Assembly (NCBI GenBank): GCA_951406725.2
Contig: OX597818.1
Coordinates: 5,270,001 to 5,334,000, forward strand
DNA from: Octopus vulgaris
Taxonomy: Eukaryota
Direction: 5' to 3'
Length of the DNA stretch: 64,000 bases
In this document: positions 27,981-43,502 of the stretch, one piece after another
Layout: every line of letters begins with the position of its first letter
Numbering within the stretch: position 1 is the first letter of the stretch
Translations under genes and position numbers: made by a program
Notes under the pieces: generated by a model
The model's database searches: none
What the model saw: the letters and a program-made list of their open reading frames with translations, nothing else
Told to the model about the DNA's origin: nothing

Positions 27981-28454
27981 TGTTTATCTTGATATGAGAT
28001 CACCATGCGCGACATGGTGATCTCATATCAAGATAAACAGCACGACCTTGCAGGTGAGGCCCAGTTAGAATTTTATTCAGGTTCAGTAGCCCATCCCGCC
28101 CAAAAGGTCCCTGAATAAGGGTTGTTTAAGGATGTTGAAAGAATCACCCATGTTTCCAGAGGTGAATTATTCAAATCTAAAAAAATCCCTCTTTAACACA
28201 TGGCTATGATGCCCCCCACTACTTTTGCTCGTGATCACAGATGCACATATCGTCAGCCACTAAGGGACATGGTCAACTGGTTAAGGTCAAACAACTGACA
28301 AGCAAATCTGTGGTATTGAGCAGAATATTTGCTGTAGCCCATCTTTTATACCAAGACAAAACAATGTACATGATAACACTTCCAACCAGTTAAGATCAGA
28401 AACCATGAGAGCCACTGCCTGGTACTGCATCAGGGCATTGGTACTGCATCAGGG

Positions 28455-28457
<3 letters not shown>
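27981..28457 (+). mobile_element. Interspersed repeat with a 27-bp fold-back at its left junction, within (TTA)n
   Basis: Hairpin 27981-28039; tandem 19-bp end duplication ggtactgcatcaggg(c/t)att. Confidence 0.65.
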
Positions 28458-28503
<46 letters not shown>

Positions 28504-28504
28504 G

Positions 28505-28539
<35 letters not shown>

Positions 28540-28549
28540 CATTATTATT

Positions 28550-28760
28550 AAGGTGGTCAGCTACCAGAATCGTCAGCATGCCGGGCGAAATGCATAGCGG
28601 TATTTTTCCCGTTGCAACGTTCTGAGTTCAAACTTCACAGTGATCGACTATACCTTTTGCCCTTTCGGGATTGATAAGTAAAGTACAAGTGAAACACTGG
28701 GGCCGATGTAATCGACTAATCCCTTTCCCCAAAATGGCTGCCCTTGTGGAAAATCTCAAC
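28550..28760 (+). mobile_element. SINE family B
   Basis: gccgggcgaaatgc...gttctgagttcaaa. Confidence 0.85.
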
Positions 28761-28785
28761 AAGAGATATTCAGCAGCAGTACTTT

Positions 28786-29180
28786 GGAGTAAAGATTGTT
28801 TACCAACATAACATGATGGTCCTGGTTTAGGACGTATGCTGCTGTAATTTAGCCCCAGCAGACATCGTATCCAGCTATACGACACGATCTATATCCTTTT
28901 TTTTCGAACAAGGAAATATAGCGGGAATTTGCGGGAATATGGTAGCGCCACCTCTTGCCAAACAATTATTTTGTGTTGATAAAGCGAAATAACTCAGAAA
29001 TCGCGATACACAGATATTGTTTTGAGCTCAGTGGGAGTGCTAGATTCCCTTGTTCGAAAATATAAGGAGACAGATAGTGTCCTATACTCAGCTGGAGACG
29101 ATATTTCCTGCGGCTGAATTACAGCAACATTCATCCTAAACCAGGACTGCCATGTTATGTTGGCAAACACTCTTTACGCC
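28786..29180. mobile_element. MITE/fold-back element with ~135-bp imperfect terminal inverted repeats
   Basis: 28786-28922 versus 29039-29180 (ccaacataacatg...cctggtttagga / tcctaaaccagg...catgttatgttgg). Confidence 0.8.
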
Positions 29181-29333
<153 letters not shown>

Positions 29334-29355
29334 CATTATTGTTATTATTATTATT

Positions 29356-29570
29356 AAGCCGTCGAACTGGCTGAATCGTTAGCACGCTGGGCAAAATGCT
29401 TAGTGCTATTTCGTCTAACGTTACGTTCTGAGTTCTTATTCAGTCGGGGTCGACTTTGCCTTTCATCCGTTCGTGGTCAATTAAATAAATACCAGTTACA
29501 TACTGGGATCGATGTAATTAACTTAATACCTTCTCCCAAATTTGAGGCCTTGTGATTCCAGTAGAAAGGA
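29356..29570 (+). mobile_element. SINE family B
   Basis: gttagcacgctgggcaaaatgcttag...gtcgactttgcctttcatcc. Confidence 0.85.
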
Positions 29571-29849
29571 TTCTTATTGTTGTTATTAAGACAACACGAA
29601 GAGCGTGATGAGATTGCAATAAATATTTTATTGGTTGAACGATATTTCAACAGGTAGCATGTCTTTGTCGAGTTCAAAATGAAAAGTGATAAAAATTTAA
29701 AATTATAGAAATTCAAATTCAAAATATTAACGAGAGCAACTAGCGTTCCCACGTTGATGGAATGATATTATCAGTTTTCAAATTTCAAGTTCACAACTGG
29801 CAAAATGTAGAAAGAAGAGAAAACAAAAGAAAAGGAAAGAGAAAGGAAT

Positions 29850-30500
29850 TTTAATTAAACTGTTTTGTGAAAATATGATATTCTCCTGTCATTTTATTCA
29901 CTCCTCCAGGACGTGATGTTAACGTGCAAGCATATTTCTCATGTCTTTTGAGTACTGAAAGTGTATCAGATTCAGAATAATATCTGAGAATATGCACTTT
30001 TAAGTTTCTTTTCCAAATTACGGCCGTGTGATTCAAAATGTTCGGCAAGTGCTGTCGAACTACTATTATTGTGCCTGACATCATATCTGTGCCCATTGAA
30101 TCTATTGTTTGTCCTGTTATCATTCCTGATGGAATTCCCTTGACTCATGTTATTGCGCAATGAACAGGGCTCACCTCTCTTGCAGCTGTTTTTCGAGGTA
30201 CAGCGCGCAGAAACTCAATGTTAGTTTTCTTGGAGTCAGAAGTAGAAGTTAATAGTTCTCTTATATCTTTATTCCGTCCAAATTTTAAAATAGGTGCCTG
30301 AGGAAATTTTTATTTGAATTGAGGATATTTTTCCGCAACATGCTGGTAACTTTCATCTAAAACTTTTGAAATGCTAGCGAAATTTCGGTCCCAGTTAATC
30401 ATCAAAAGATTTCTGTCAGATATTGTATTTTGTTTGCTAACATTATGCGTGAAAGTTTGACTTACTTTACTAATCTTAGTTGTCATTTGCTATTTCCTTT
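29850..30500 (-). mobile_element. Penelope-like element linker and GIY-YIG remnant
   Basis: FPQAPILKFGRNKDIRELLT linker; NRFNGHRYDV...STALAEHF in ORF 29972..30160. Confidence 0.75.
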
Positions 30501-31000
30501 AATTGTGATTCACTTTAACCACGTTTAACATAATGGCATACAAAAGCATTTGCATGTTTCCAGTAATCCACTATATCAATACAAATCTGTTTTACCGTCA
30601 AAGATTGGGATTACGGATTTGACCGAATTATATGATGTGGATGATCGGAGCGGCGGTGGAGGTACATGTGGGATAACGTAGGCTTGTAAAATAGTTCTGT
30701 CACAATTCCGCCTCCAGAAAACTTAACCTTTCTGTCCAAAAATTCAACATTAGTTTTTGAATGAATATGGTTCACCTCGTCTTATTTTAGTATGTGGAGT
30801 GGGTGAAGTCTTAAAGTAGTTTAGAAAGTTTGCCATTTCAAGGAGAATCTTTATTTCTAGAGGTATATATCAAATTAACTGAGGTGAACTAGAGCTCGCT
30901 GAAAATACAACTATTTATAATGATACCAACACCTAAAAACAATTTATTCATTCAACTTTCTGATTTCTCTAGCATAAGTTCGAATATCAGTAAACAATGA

Positions 31001-31045
31001 TCCTGATGATAGCGTGCTATCGGTGCAGCTGAAACGCACGTAGGA
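31001..31045 (+). ncRNA. Type I hammerhead ribozyme motif
   Basis: TC-CTGATGA-t-AGC.TGC/GCA.GCT-GAAAC-gcac-GTA-GGA. Confidence 0.7.
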
Positions 31046-31366
31046 CAACGAAAGAATGCTGTAAATATCTGTTTAATAAAATTGGAAAATTTCCGTTCTC
31101 CTGATTATTATTAATACTCTTAATCCCTCTACTGAAACTATGCAGTCCTGAATAGAACACTCAGATTTATCTAGCAGCTTATTAGTAATTCTGGTATCAG
31201 TAACATTCGCTGTGGTTTGACAGCATACGAAACCGTTTTGAGAAGAAAAACGGTAACTGCCAGTATTATATATCTCTGTGAAACAACTTTTGAAAATATC
31301 ACTTTTGGGAATATATATATATAATTAAAAAGAAATGTAAAAATACATTACCCATCTGTTATAGTC

Positions 31367-32090
31367 ATGATTTATTCATAATTATAAACACTCTTTTATG
31401 CAATTTATTATTACGTATGACCATTGATATATTCATAAATAATTGTTTATGATATATACTTCGTAATGTATTTTTACATTCCTTTTAATTATTTAATTTT
31501 TTCCCGCATATCCGGTATTTTGTTGTGGTTTCGATTTACCGGTCTTTTCTCATAAATGCTGTGCATGATGTTGACTTTCAGAATTTGAATGTGTAGATAA
31601 AGGTTATCGCATTATTCTTGGCGGTCGGGATACATGTAAGCCCAAGGGTATGATTTTGTATAAATTTGTATCTATAGGAATATTCTCCCGATGAGAAGAA
31701 TGGAACCGTTATATTTTGTTTATATCCATTTTTTTACGATACATTATATATGTATAATAGGTTAGTAACTTTGAAATTGCAACAGGGAATTCACCGTTTG
31801 TTTTTAAAACTTGTGGATTTTTTTTATGTCACATCGCTCTCAGACAGCTTTATTGGGAAGCGATAAAAATATGAGTGGTAATAGTGGCTTTATAGTGGCT
31901 TTTGACTGCTATTCTTAAACATGTAAGGGTTTTTGCAACCCTCTCTGTAATAATTGTGATTTATTCATAATTATAAACACTCTTCTTTATGTAATTTATT
32001 ATTACACATTTGGCCATTGATATATTCATAAATAATTATTAATTGTTTATGGCATATCCTTCGTAATGTATTTTTACATTCCTTTTTATT
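31367..32090. repeat. ~130-bp direct repeat pair
   Basis: tgatttattcataattataaacactc...tttttacattcctttt at 31367-31495 and 31957-32090. Confidence 0.9.
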
Positions 32091-32132
32091 TTGATATACA
32101 TATATATACAAATACATATACATATATATATA

Positions 32133-32994
32133 ATTTATTCTCAATAGAATTCAGGATAAAATCACGTTCATGATTATATCGAGTTGCCAGCATAAAATAG
32201 AACATTGTAGGTAATTTATATACTAATAAATAATTATATATATAATTGTATTAAAGGAATCAGGAAAGAACCTACTCCAACATGGTGAAAGATGACACCA
32301 AAGGCGCTAAAAAAACACTGTTTAACTCCTACAATACACGGGTTGTAAGCGAGCAAATGAAAATCTGCTCGCTTACAAAAAATATATTTTTTGCATTAAA
32401 AAAAATACGCAGTAAATTGTGTATTGGATACAATTTCGGAACTGAAGCAATAAAAAGAGCTAATTTCCCATCCTCAGTACAATATTCAAAGCAACATAAT
32501 CACAGATACTAATACATACCCATACGAAGCAAAGGCGTACGTCCATATCTGTGACAATTTCTTATTAAATATCTGTGACATTTCTTATTTTTCATTTCAC
32601 CTACGTGTTTTTATCGAAATAGCCTTGCAGGAAATGCGATTTCCATCAGGAACAAAAATATTTTATTATTTATTCTTAATAAAATCCAGGATAAAATCAC
32701 TTTAAGGGTTATATCGAGTGGCCAACATTAAATAAAACCTTGTCGGTAATTCTTGAATATTCTGCTTAGTATCGGAAATATGCTCTTTTTATTGATTTAA
32801 TCCCAAAAATGGACCCAATACACAATTTGCTGTGCAGTTTTATTTAGTATTTTTCATTTGCTCACTTACAACTCGTATTTTGTCGGAGTTACACAAGGGC
32901 TTTTTAGAGCCTTTGGCGCCTCCTTTCAGTATGTTGGACAAGGTTCTTTCCTTATCCCATTAATATAATTATATATATAATTACTAATTTAGTA
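32133..32994. mobile_element. Fold-back, Penelope pLTR-like element carrying hammerheads
   Basis: Arrangement A(32133-32216), inverted B(32221-32489), spacer, A'(32668-32751), B'(32753-32994); TA flanks. Confidence 0.75.
32416..32483 (-). ncRNA. Type I hammerhead ribozyme motif
   Basis: ATTGTA-CTGAGGA-tGGGA...TTCC-GAAA-TTG(tatc)CAA-TA-CACAAT. Confidence 0.7.
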
Positions 32995-34699
32995 TATATA
33001 TATATATATATATGTTAAACAATCTATAACAAGACAACCATTGAAACAAAATAGAACTTGTTTAAACAAGAAATTTTAATAAAACATATTCCCTTTATAC
33101 CCACCACGTGAGTCAATCTAATCACGCTGCTTCGTACAGTTTCAGGAATCTCTCTTTTCTCTTCTCACCCTTCCTCTCTGTTTCTTTTAGTGTGTATGTG
33201 TGTCTGTTTATACGCAGACTCATATACTCTTACACATGTTTGTTCATATAACTTAATACAAAAATATATGTGTATATGTGTTTATATATATTCATAGAAA
33301 CAACCACAGTACACAGATAGATACACGTATATATATGTATAACTGGGCATGTACAGACATGCGATCATCTTTGTATATGGGTGTATCACTCTACATTAAC
33401 ATAGGTTTGTCTGGTAGAATTTGTAGTTGTTTTATTTATGCATTAAAAAATAAATAAATAAGGTTGTAATTATACATCAAATCGATTTTTCCTACAATTC
33501 CAAAGCTAGGGCATTAGCGGCTGGAGATTAATCTATTTCTTATCTGATTGCATACCAAATAATAACACAGACCAATTCTCGTTTAAACTCAGACTGAAAA
33601 CGTGTTAGCGAACTTTTCTCTCGTTTTTTTTTTTCTTTCTATATATTTAGATATAGAAAGTTTTGATGGCCGTTTAATCTGCATTTCCTCTAAGTTTACT
33701 TTCGCGCCTGCACACATTCGTAAATTTGAGTGTACACACACACGCACATGCACAAACACACACATGCACACACACACACACACGCACGTATATGCAAACA
33801 TTTATATCTTTATTTTGGTGTGAATGTATACGCGTTCGTAAAATATCAGTTTCGTTTTCTTCCGGCTCATGTAAATTCCAAGCGTTGTGAAAGACATTTT
33901 ATATGATAACGAATTCACTTTTGAAGAAGTCTCTTTGTTTTCTTTCCCTCTGTCTGTATTCAAACCCACAAACGCATACATGCATATACATGCACATACA
34001 TACATACATACATAATACATACATACATACATACATAAATACATACATACATACATACATACATACATACATACATACATCTATATATACACCTGCATGT
34101 TTTTATAGATACTTGTCTTTTCTGTCACTTTGCTTTGCAAATCTCCACATTATGTTGTTACTAATGCCTTTTTACTTTTATCCGAAAGATACTGCCGTTA
34201 TCATTATAATGAGCTCTAAGCAAAATGCTATTTCAAATTAAAAGCAATGATCAGATGCCAAATGGTACTTTAATAGAATAACATCCTTTTTCGATTCAAT
34301 TTCGAATTTAAACAAAATCTGCGAATAACAATTTAAATGGAGGTAACAAAAGCAAACTATCTCTGATGACAGCTCGTATTTCATTATTTAAAATTCAATA
34401 TGGATTTTGTGTATTTCTGTAATTTGCGTGATTTGTATAAGAATCATCCTTTAACCTTCTGCATTTGATAATAGAAATGTTTCTGCGAAACTGAAATCAT
34501 TAAGATTGGCTTCGAAGCCACTATGCTACAATGAGATTGTATCTCCTACTTGGAACTTTTAATACCATTTCGTTCCGAAATAAGAAGTCTACGTACATTT
34601 CCGCCTAGTAGAAAAAAATCTCATATGCAACCAGTTACACATTTTTTCTCATCCTTCGATAAGAATAACTTCATCGATTCTTAATTTGAAAATATTGGT

Positions 34700-34900
34700 C
34701 TAAAAGTTAGGCACACGACCAGAAGTTAGAGGGAAAGGTAAATCGATTGCATGAACCCTGGTGCTCAATTGATACTTATTTTATTGATTCAGAAATAAAG
34801 GCTATGTCGACCTCGGAGAGTTTGAACTCAGAACGTAAAAACGAACAAAAAGCCGCTAAGCATTTCGCTCAGCGTACTAACCTTTCTGCCAGCTCGCTGC
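34700..34900 (-). mobile_element. SINE family B
   Basis: tttgaactcagaacgt...ctaagcatttcgc...ctgccagctcgc. Confidence 0.85.
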
Positions 34901-34960
34901 ACTTTTCTATGGAAATGTTAGCGTCAGCTATTTGAATCTCCCATTTAAAAAAGATAATAT

Positions 34961-35050
34961 TTATAAAGTAATCATCGATGATATCAATTCACTCTCAAGT
35001 TGTGCTAGTACATAATTTTGATAGAATACTTTCGAGATAGTTCTCTGGTT
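34961..35050 (-). CDS. Candidate terminal exon of an unknown gene
   Basis: Acceptor tttcacatacag, then phase-0 NQRTISKVFYQNYVLAQLESELISSMITL*; in frame with the exon at 35270-35455. Confidence 0.3.
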   Translation of the reverse strand, partial: NQRTISKVFYQNYVLAQLESELISSMITL

Positions 35051-35269
35051 CTGTATGTGAAATGTAAATACAGCTCCATTTCTTTTGCTATTTATAACTC
35101 CAAATTGAAACATAAAGGGGAAAAATATCTTGGCTATTGTATTCATAAATGTAATTCCATTGCAACTAAATCGCCTTAAAATTACTTTACTAAAAATATA
35201 ATTAGAATTGTATAAACAAACAAGATTTCTGAATATTTTAAAGTTACCCTGTTAGATAGAACGTCATAC

Positions 35270-35455
35270 ATCCCTTATCAGTACCAACAAAGTATTAGTG
35301 GGAAACTTAATATTTAGAATCTTTTCTCGTGTAAACAGTCTTCTTTCAAATGTATGTGCGCAAACATCCTCCAAAACAATATCTTCAATAGTCTCAGCCG
35401 AATGTTTGAAGACAGAATGGGCAGGTTCTTTGGGAGGGTAGTTATAAAACACAAG
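35270..35455 (-). CDS. Candidate internal exon of an unknown gene (62 codons)
   Basis: Acceptor ctttccaatatag, open frame LVFYNYPPKEP...LLVLIRD, donor GTATGA; 186 nt, phase 0-0. Confidence 0.4.
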
Positions 35456-36132
35456 CTATATTGGAAAGCGTTGTATTATCAGTGCTATCCACACAAGCTT
35501 GAGTGCATGTAATATAGATATTACATAATTTGAATAGCATTTTAACCATCATCTAGTGTAACATTTTATTCCTTTGTAATTTTTCATATTTGCTCAACAA
35601 ATATGTAAGTTTTGAGAATAATGTTTCGGTTGATGAATACTTACATACTGTAGATATATCATTTTATTTTGTTTAGGGCAAATGTCCCTGAATGCACTGG
35701 TAAATGCACTGCACAAGAATCGAACGGAATTTATTGATTGGTGTATAATCGTAAATTATACGAGCGGTCCAGCAAAACAAGAAGTATCAAGACAAAAAAC
35801 AAAAAAAAAAAACACAAAAAACATTAATCTCGAATGCTTGAAACATGGAAGAATGCAAATGGAAGAAAGACATGTTTAAGATCTATAGATATATTACAAA
35901 TAATATTTAATAATATCTTATGGATTTGACAACATAGGGGTAAATGAACATGTGGTATGCAGAAACATATGTCGCATTGCATTAATAAAGTATAAACGTT
36001 ATTACTGTATACATACGTACAAGCACACACACACATATATATATACTTATATATATATATGTATACATATAAATATATTTATACATATAATCTTCCTTTA
36101 TAAGTATACATATATTTGTGCGCATGTACGTG

Positions 36133-36184
<52 letters not shown>

Positions 36185-36267
36185 ATAATATATATATATA
36201 TATATATACATACATGTATATAATATATATATATATATATACATACATGTATATAATATATATATAT

Positions 36268-36344
<77 letters not shown>

Positions 36345-36957
36345 GGGAGAGAAAGAGATAGATATACGTTTCTTTCTGTACACACATGCGCGCTCGTACT
36401 CGCACATGTGTATATTCCAGCAACTGTATTTGCGTTGTCACCTAAAAATATATATACTTATATTTTGAAACTGTAAGTCTATAAATTTTTCTATACGTTC
36501 TATATCGAGATATTAATTGCAGTTTGTTTCTCCTGTATTTACAATGCTCAACCTAATGCTTGACTGTGTTAATTGTATGAATTGAAAGAACCTCCAGCTA
36601 ATCGAAACTGTCTATTTATATGATTATTAGTTTCGATCGAAATATTTGCATCAGACAGATCCTATGAATGGGAAACAATCAGAAGATATGTCAAAAGGTC
36701 AGACATGTGAAACGGGTTAGAGAATATATATTCGGATTGACCGGATGACATTTGTGAATATCGGTGGAGACAATTATATATTCGATATAGTTTAGACACA
36801 TGACTATATTTACTATTATACTTCTTCATAAACCTCATACATATAAATGTCATACCTCCAAACACACACACATATATATATATATGAATATGTGCGTATG
36901 CATGTACAAGTATTTGTGAGGATCCTGAAAGTTGTAAAGTAATTCACGGTGTGTACT

Positions 36958-37115
36958 AGTGTGGTTGTGTGGTGAGAAACTTGCTTCGCAACAACATGGG
37001 TCTGGGTTCAGTCTCAGTGCATGGTACCTTGAGCAGGTGTCCTCTACTGTAGCCGCAGGTCAATAAAAGCCTTGAGAGTGGATTTGGTGGAGGGAAACTG
37101 AAAGCCCACCGTGTA
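36958..37115 (+). mobile_element. SINE family A, 5' half
   Basis: gtggttgtgtggtgag...gggttcagtc. Confidence 0.8.
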
Positions 37116-37470
37116 TAGTATATGTATGTGTATATATATATATATATATATACGCACACACATGCATACATACACACACACACATACACACACACACACA
37201 TATATATATATGTATATATAAATGGCAGGGTGATTGTGTGTGTGTACGTGAATGTAATTTATGCACGTCCACAAATTAGCACGCATGTCGCTCCAATTTT
37301 AGGACATTCGTCACGACCCTAACTGTATATTCGTTAAAGTATTTTTTCCGAGGCACCCACGGATAACGGTAAAAATCGATTTTCAACCTTAACTTTTACA
37401 ATTTTGAAGCTTTCTAATATGCGTTAAATCCCTTCTTGCTATAGTGAAGTGAAAATGAGTGTGTGTGTGT

Positions 37471-37531
<61 letters not shown>

Positions 37532-37789
37532 TGTTGATGTATGTGTTTATGTGAGGGAGAGAGGAAAGTGACAGCGTTCACCAAAAATACAAATGTAAAA
37601 TGTTTTCTCTTCTTAAACAAGAGATATAGATTTCAAATTTAGGATGTTTTGAAGGACACTATATTTTATAATCAGATTATATATACTTTCTCAGACAACA
37701 ATTAAAGTAAATTTATTTTAAATCATTTATCTATTTTAAATCGCTCATCTTTCTCCCCCGCTCTCTCTCACACACGCATTACTTTAGGC

Positions 37790-40071
<2,282 letters not shown>

Positions 40072-40615
40072 TATATAAATGCGCAACTCCATTGTCTCCC
40101 GAGACAGAAAGGATGCCAAACATATATATATAATATACTATGTGCATATAGAGACAATTTATTCATTGAGTAGTAAGAAACACTTAGGATGACTTAGCGT
40201 GAATAATCTCACTGTAGTTCACCTGATGGATAAATGTTGGGTTTGCTCCACTGGATTGCGAATATTTACAGGAGTAAATATTAGGGTCTGTCCACAAATG
40301 CAGTCTGCTTTCATAATTTTTTCTTTTCTCCAAACCGAAGAAGATAATCAAGAGGACCCGTTTTCCTGACCCGTTATCCTGACTAGAATAAAACAGATTG
40401 TTTAATTTATATTTTTGTCATCAAAGAGGCGTGACGAGGGAGCTGTGGAAAATAACGAGAGAAGCCTTTCAGGAATGATTGGAGGCGTGGCGGAGAAGGA
40501 GAGGGAAAGTGTGTTAGAATCAAGGCGGGTTGCTTTTAGGAAAAGAGTTAGTAGTTTGGATCTGACATAATTTTTTTATCCAACTTGTTTCTTTTCTGAC
40601 ACACCTCGTGTATAT

Positions 40616-40666
<51 letters not shown>

Positions 40667-40738
40667 ATTGTGAACGCGTTTGTACCGATGGCTATTTTCT
40701 TTCTCCGTTTCCTTTCCTTGGACCTTTCCTTTTTCTAT

Positions 40739-40766
40739 GTTTCTGACGAAGAGCTCCGCTCGAAAC
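40739..40766 (+). ncRNA. Truncated hammerhead core in a Penelope-type repeat (40670-40851)
   Basis: CTGACGA-A-GAGC(tcc)GCTC-GAAAC; the 3' strand of stem I is missing. Confidence 0.55.
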
Positions 40767-40848
40767 ATTCCTTCCCTGAGCGTCCAATAACACTATACTT
40801 CGTTTACGTCCTCGCGTCGTTGTATTTTCTCTTTGTTCATGTTTGGAT

Positions 40849-40896
<48 letters not shown>

Positions 40897-40928
40897 TATA
40901 TATATCTATATATCTATATATCTATCTA

Positions 40929-40975
<47 letters not shown>

Positions 40976-41819
40976 GTGTGTGCGTGTGTGAACTGACGCA
41001 GATATTTAGATATACGAAGCATAGATACACATGTGTATATATATATATACATGTTTTATATGCGTTCGTCTATGTGAATATGCCTCTGAGTCTGCATTTG
41101 TGTGTACAGATATTGATTAAAGTGTTCCTCACATAGAATTTTCTGTACCCTTGTCAAATCCTTCAGATGTTTATCATAAGCAAATTGTTTTAGCATGTAA
41201 TTTGATAAGATGTGGTATATTAGCATATGATTTGATATAATTTGCAAATTTTATTAGCATGTGTCATATTCAGCATGATTCTCATCGCGTAAATTTGATC
41301 AGGTTATGAAAATCATTGTAGGCTGCTCTGATACGTCAATCTACAGGACTACAGGATTTAAAAGGAGACAAGTTATTGAAAATTAAATATTGTTAGGATA
41401 CTTCCACCTCTATAATCCTCTTTGTTCGTGCTCGTTGACTGGTTATTTTCCGTGATAGGCTGTTGAATTTAGCCCAATAGAAATGTTCGCTTGAGGTGGT
41501 TTCTCTGGTTTGAGATCCTGTTGATGACATTCCAAGTTACAAGTTACAAATTAACAAAACTATGATTATAATTTGCTGATGAATCTACTGACAAAAAGCA
41601 ATACGATTTTATACACGTTACTTTATGTATCATACTCAAATCTCACAGTATTCGAATTAAGTTTGATTAAATGACATCAAAATAATTATATTTCTTCTAT
41701 TTAAGTTAATACGACAATATAAATAATTTATGCGCTTTCGCTTAATTAGATTATTTCATTCCCTTCATCCCGAAAGGTAAGCTGCGTTTCTTAACTTATA
41801 TTTAAACTGATGAATGTTA

Positions 41820-43078
41820 ACAGGTCATTAAGAATGAAATGTTCGATTTTGAATTGAAAGTTTATTTTACTTTATCTCAACAAAAGTTAATCAAAGTATC
41901 GGTAGCTTTTATCGGTAGCTTATTTATGCTGAAAGCGAAGAATTTTGGAGTGCAAGAGGTGGTGAAATCACGAAAGGCTGTTTTTACATTTTCTTTAGAT
42001 TTGAAGTTTTTTCTTGCAAAATGTTGTCTAATCCTTGGAAAACGTGATGGTCAGCTGGTGCACGGTCTGGTGAATACGGTGGATGACAGACCACTTCCAA
42101 GTTCAGTTCCTGTAGTAGCTTGAGCAGCATTCTTTGTGCAAAATGTGGTCGAACATTGTTTTACAAGGGAATTGGCCTGACTCTATTGACCAATCTTGGT
42201 TGTTTAATTGCAAGTTCACTATCATTTCATACAGTTGATTGATGTATACATCCACTGTAGTTGATTTACGAGTTCTCATGAAGCTGTAGTGGATGACACT
42301 AGCGCTGGAACACCAAACAGACACCATTAGCTTTTCTTAATGAATATTCATTTTTGTATTGTGTTTTGGCACTTCGTCTCTATCCAACTACCGTGGAGAA
42401 CGCTAATTATTGTTGAAAAGAATACATTTTTCGTCACACGTAACAATACGATGCAAAAGTGGTTCGGTTTTTATTCTGTGACAGTAAAGAACAGCAAATT
42501 TCAAGACGACGTGTCATTTGGAGCTCGTTCAGTTCGTGTGGTGCCTACTTGTCCGGCTTCTTTACCTTGCCGATTTGTTTAAGATGGTTCAATATATTTG
42601 GAATCGAAACTTAAACTTCAAACCTTGCTGCTGCTCACACGTAGTTTCAGATATATCCGCTTCCACTACAGTTTCCAGCTCATCATTATCCACCTTGGTC
42701 TCAGGTCTACTACGTTACTGATTTTCAAGAGTAAAGTCACCAAACCGGAACTTCTCAAATCATCAGTGTACAGTACGCTAATTCACCACATCTTTACCAA
42801 ACACCTTATTGATGTTTCGAGCTGTCTGGGATGCATTGGTTCCACAACGGAACACATATTCATAAACAACACGGATATTTGATCTATCCATGTGTTCACA
42901 AAGATTGACTTTACAAGAGAAAACTCACAATATAGTCAGACACAATGAATTATAACTCGAAAAGTGATGATGTAATTCTTCAATGTTGTAAAACAAAGAA
43001 TTGTCAGTCTAAAACAGAGTTAACGACTGTGAAACTTGGTGCATAAGAAAATCGGACATTTCATTCTTAATGACCCGA
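41820..43078 (-). mobile_element. Full-length degenerate mariner (~1.26 kb)
   Basis: ~30-bp TIRs ggtcattaagaatgaaatgt; TA TSD; IVTCDEK and VWCSSASVIHY motifs. Confidence 0.92.
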
Positions 43079-43263
43079 TATAATATTTCACCCAGATATT
43101 CAGACGTATAGGAATATATATTAAAACAAGTGCTGTATGTGTTTGAGTCTCTTCGGGAGGTGGTGATTACATTTTTCTAAATGATTTATTTTAATATTTA
43201 ATCTTAATGTGTAAATAATAATTAGAAACAAAAATGGCAAAAAAAAAATTATAACTTGTTTTG

Positions 43264-43312
<49 letters not shown>

Positions 43313-43315
<3 letters not shown>

Positions 43316-43502
43316 GGTCCCGGGTTGATTCGGGGTTAACCACAGTAAATAAAGTACTCAATACATAGCAGAGTAAAATTAATTTATTATATAGAAGGAG
43401 CTTCTACAGGACTAGAACTGTTTCATTCAAGAGAAATCTTCAGGAAGCCTGAAGATTTCTCTTGAATGAAACAGTTCTAGTCCTGTAGAAGCTCCTTCTA
43501 TA

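Noticed and set aside
41570-41630. ADESTD peptide resembling a hAT transposase motif
   Set aside because: Only six residues, preceded by a stop, with no supporting motifs.
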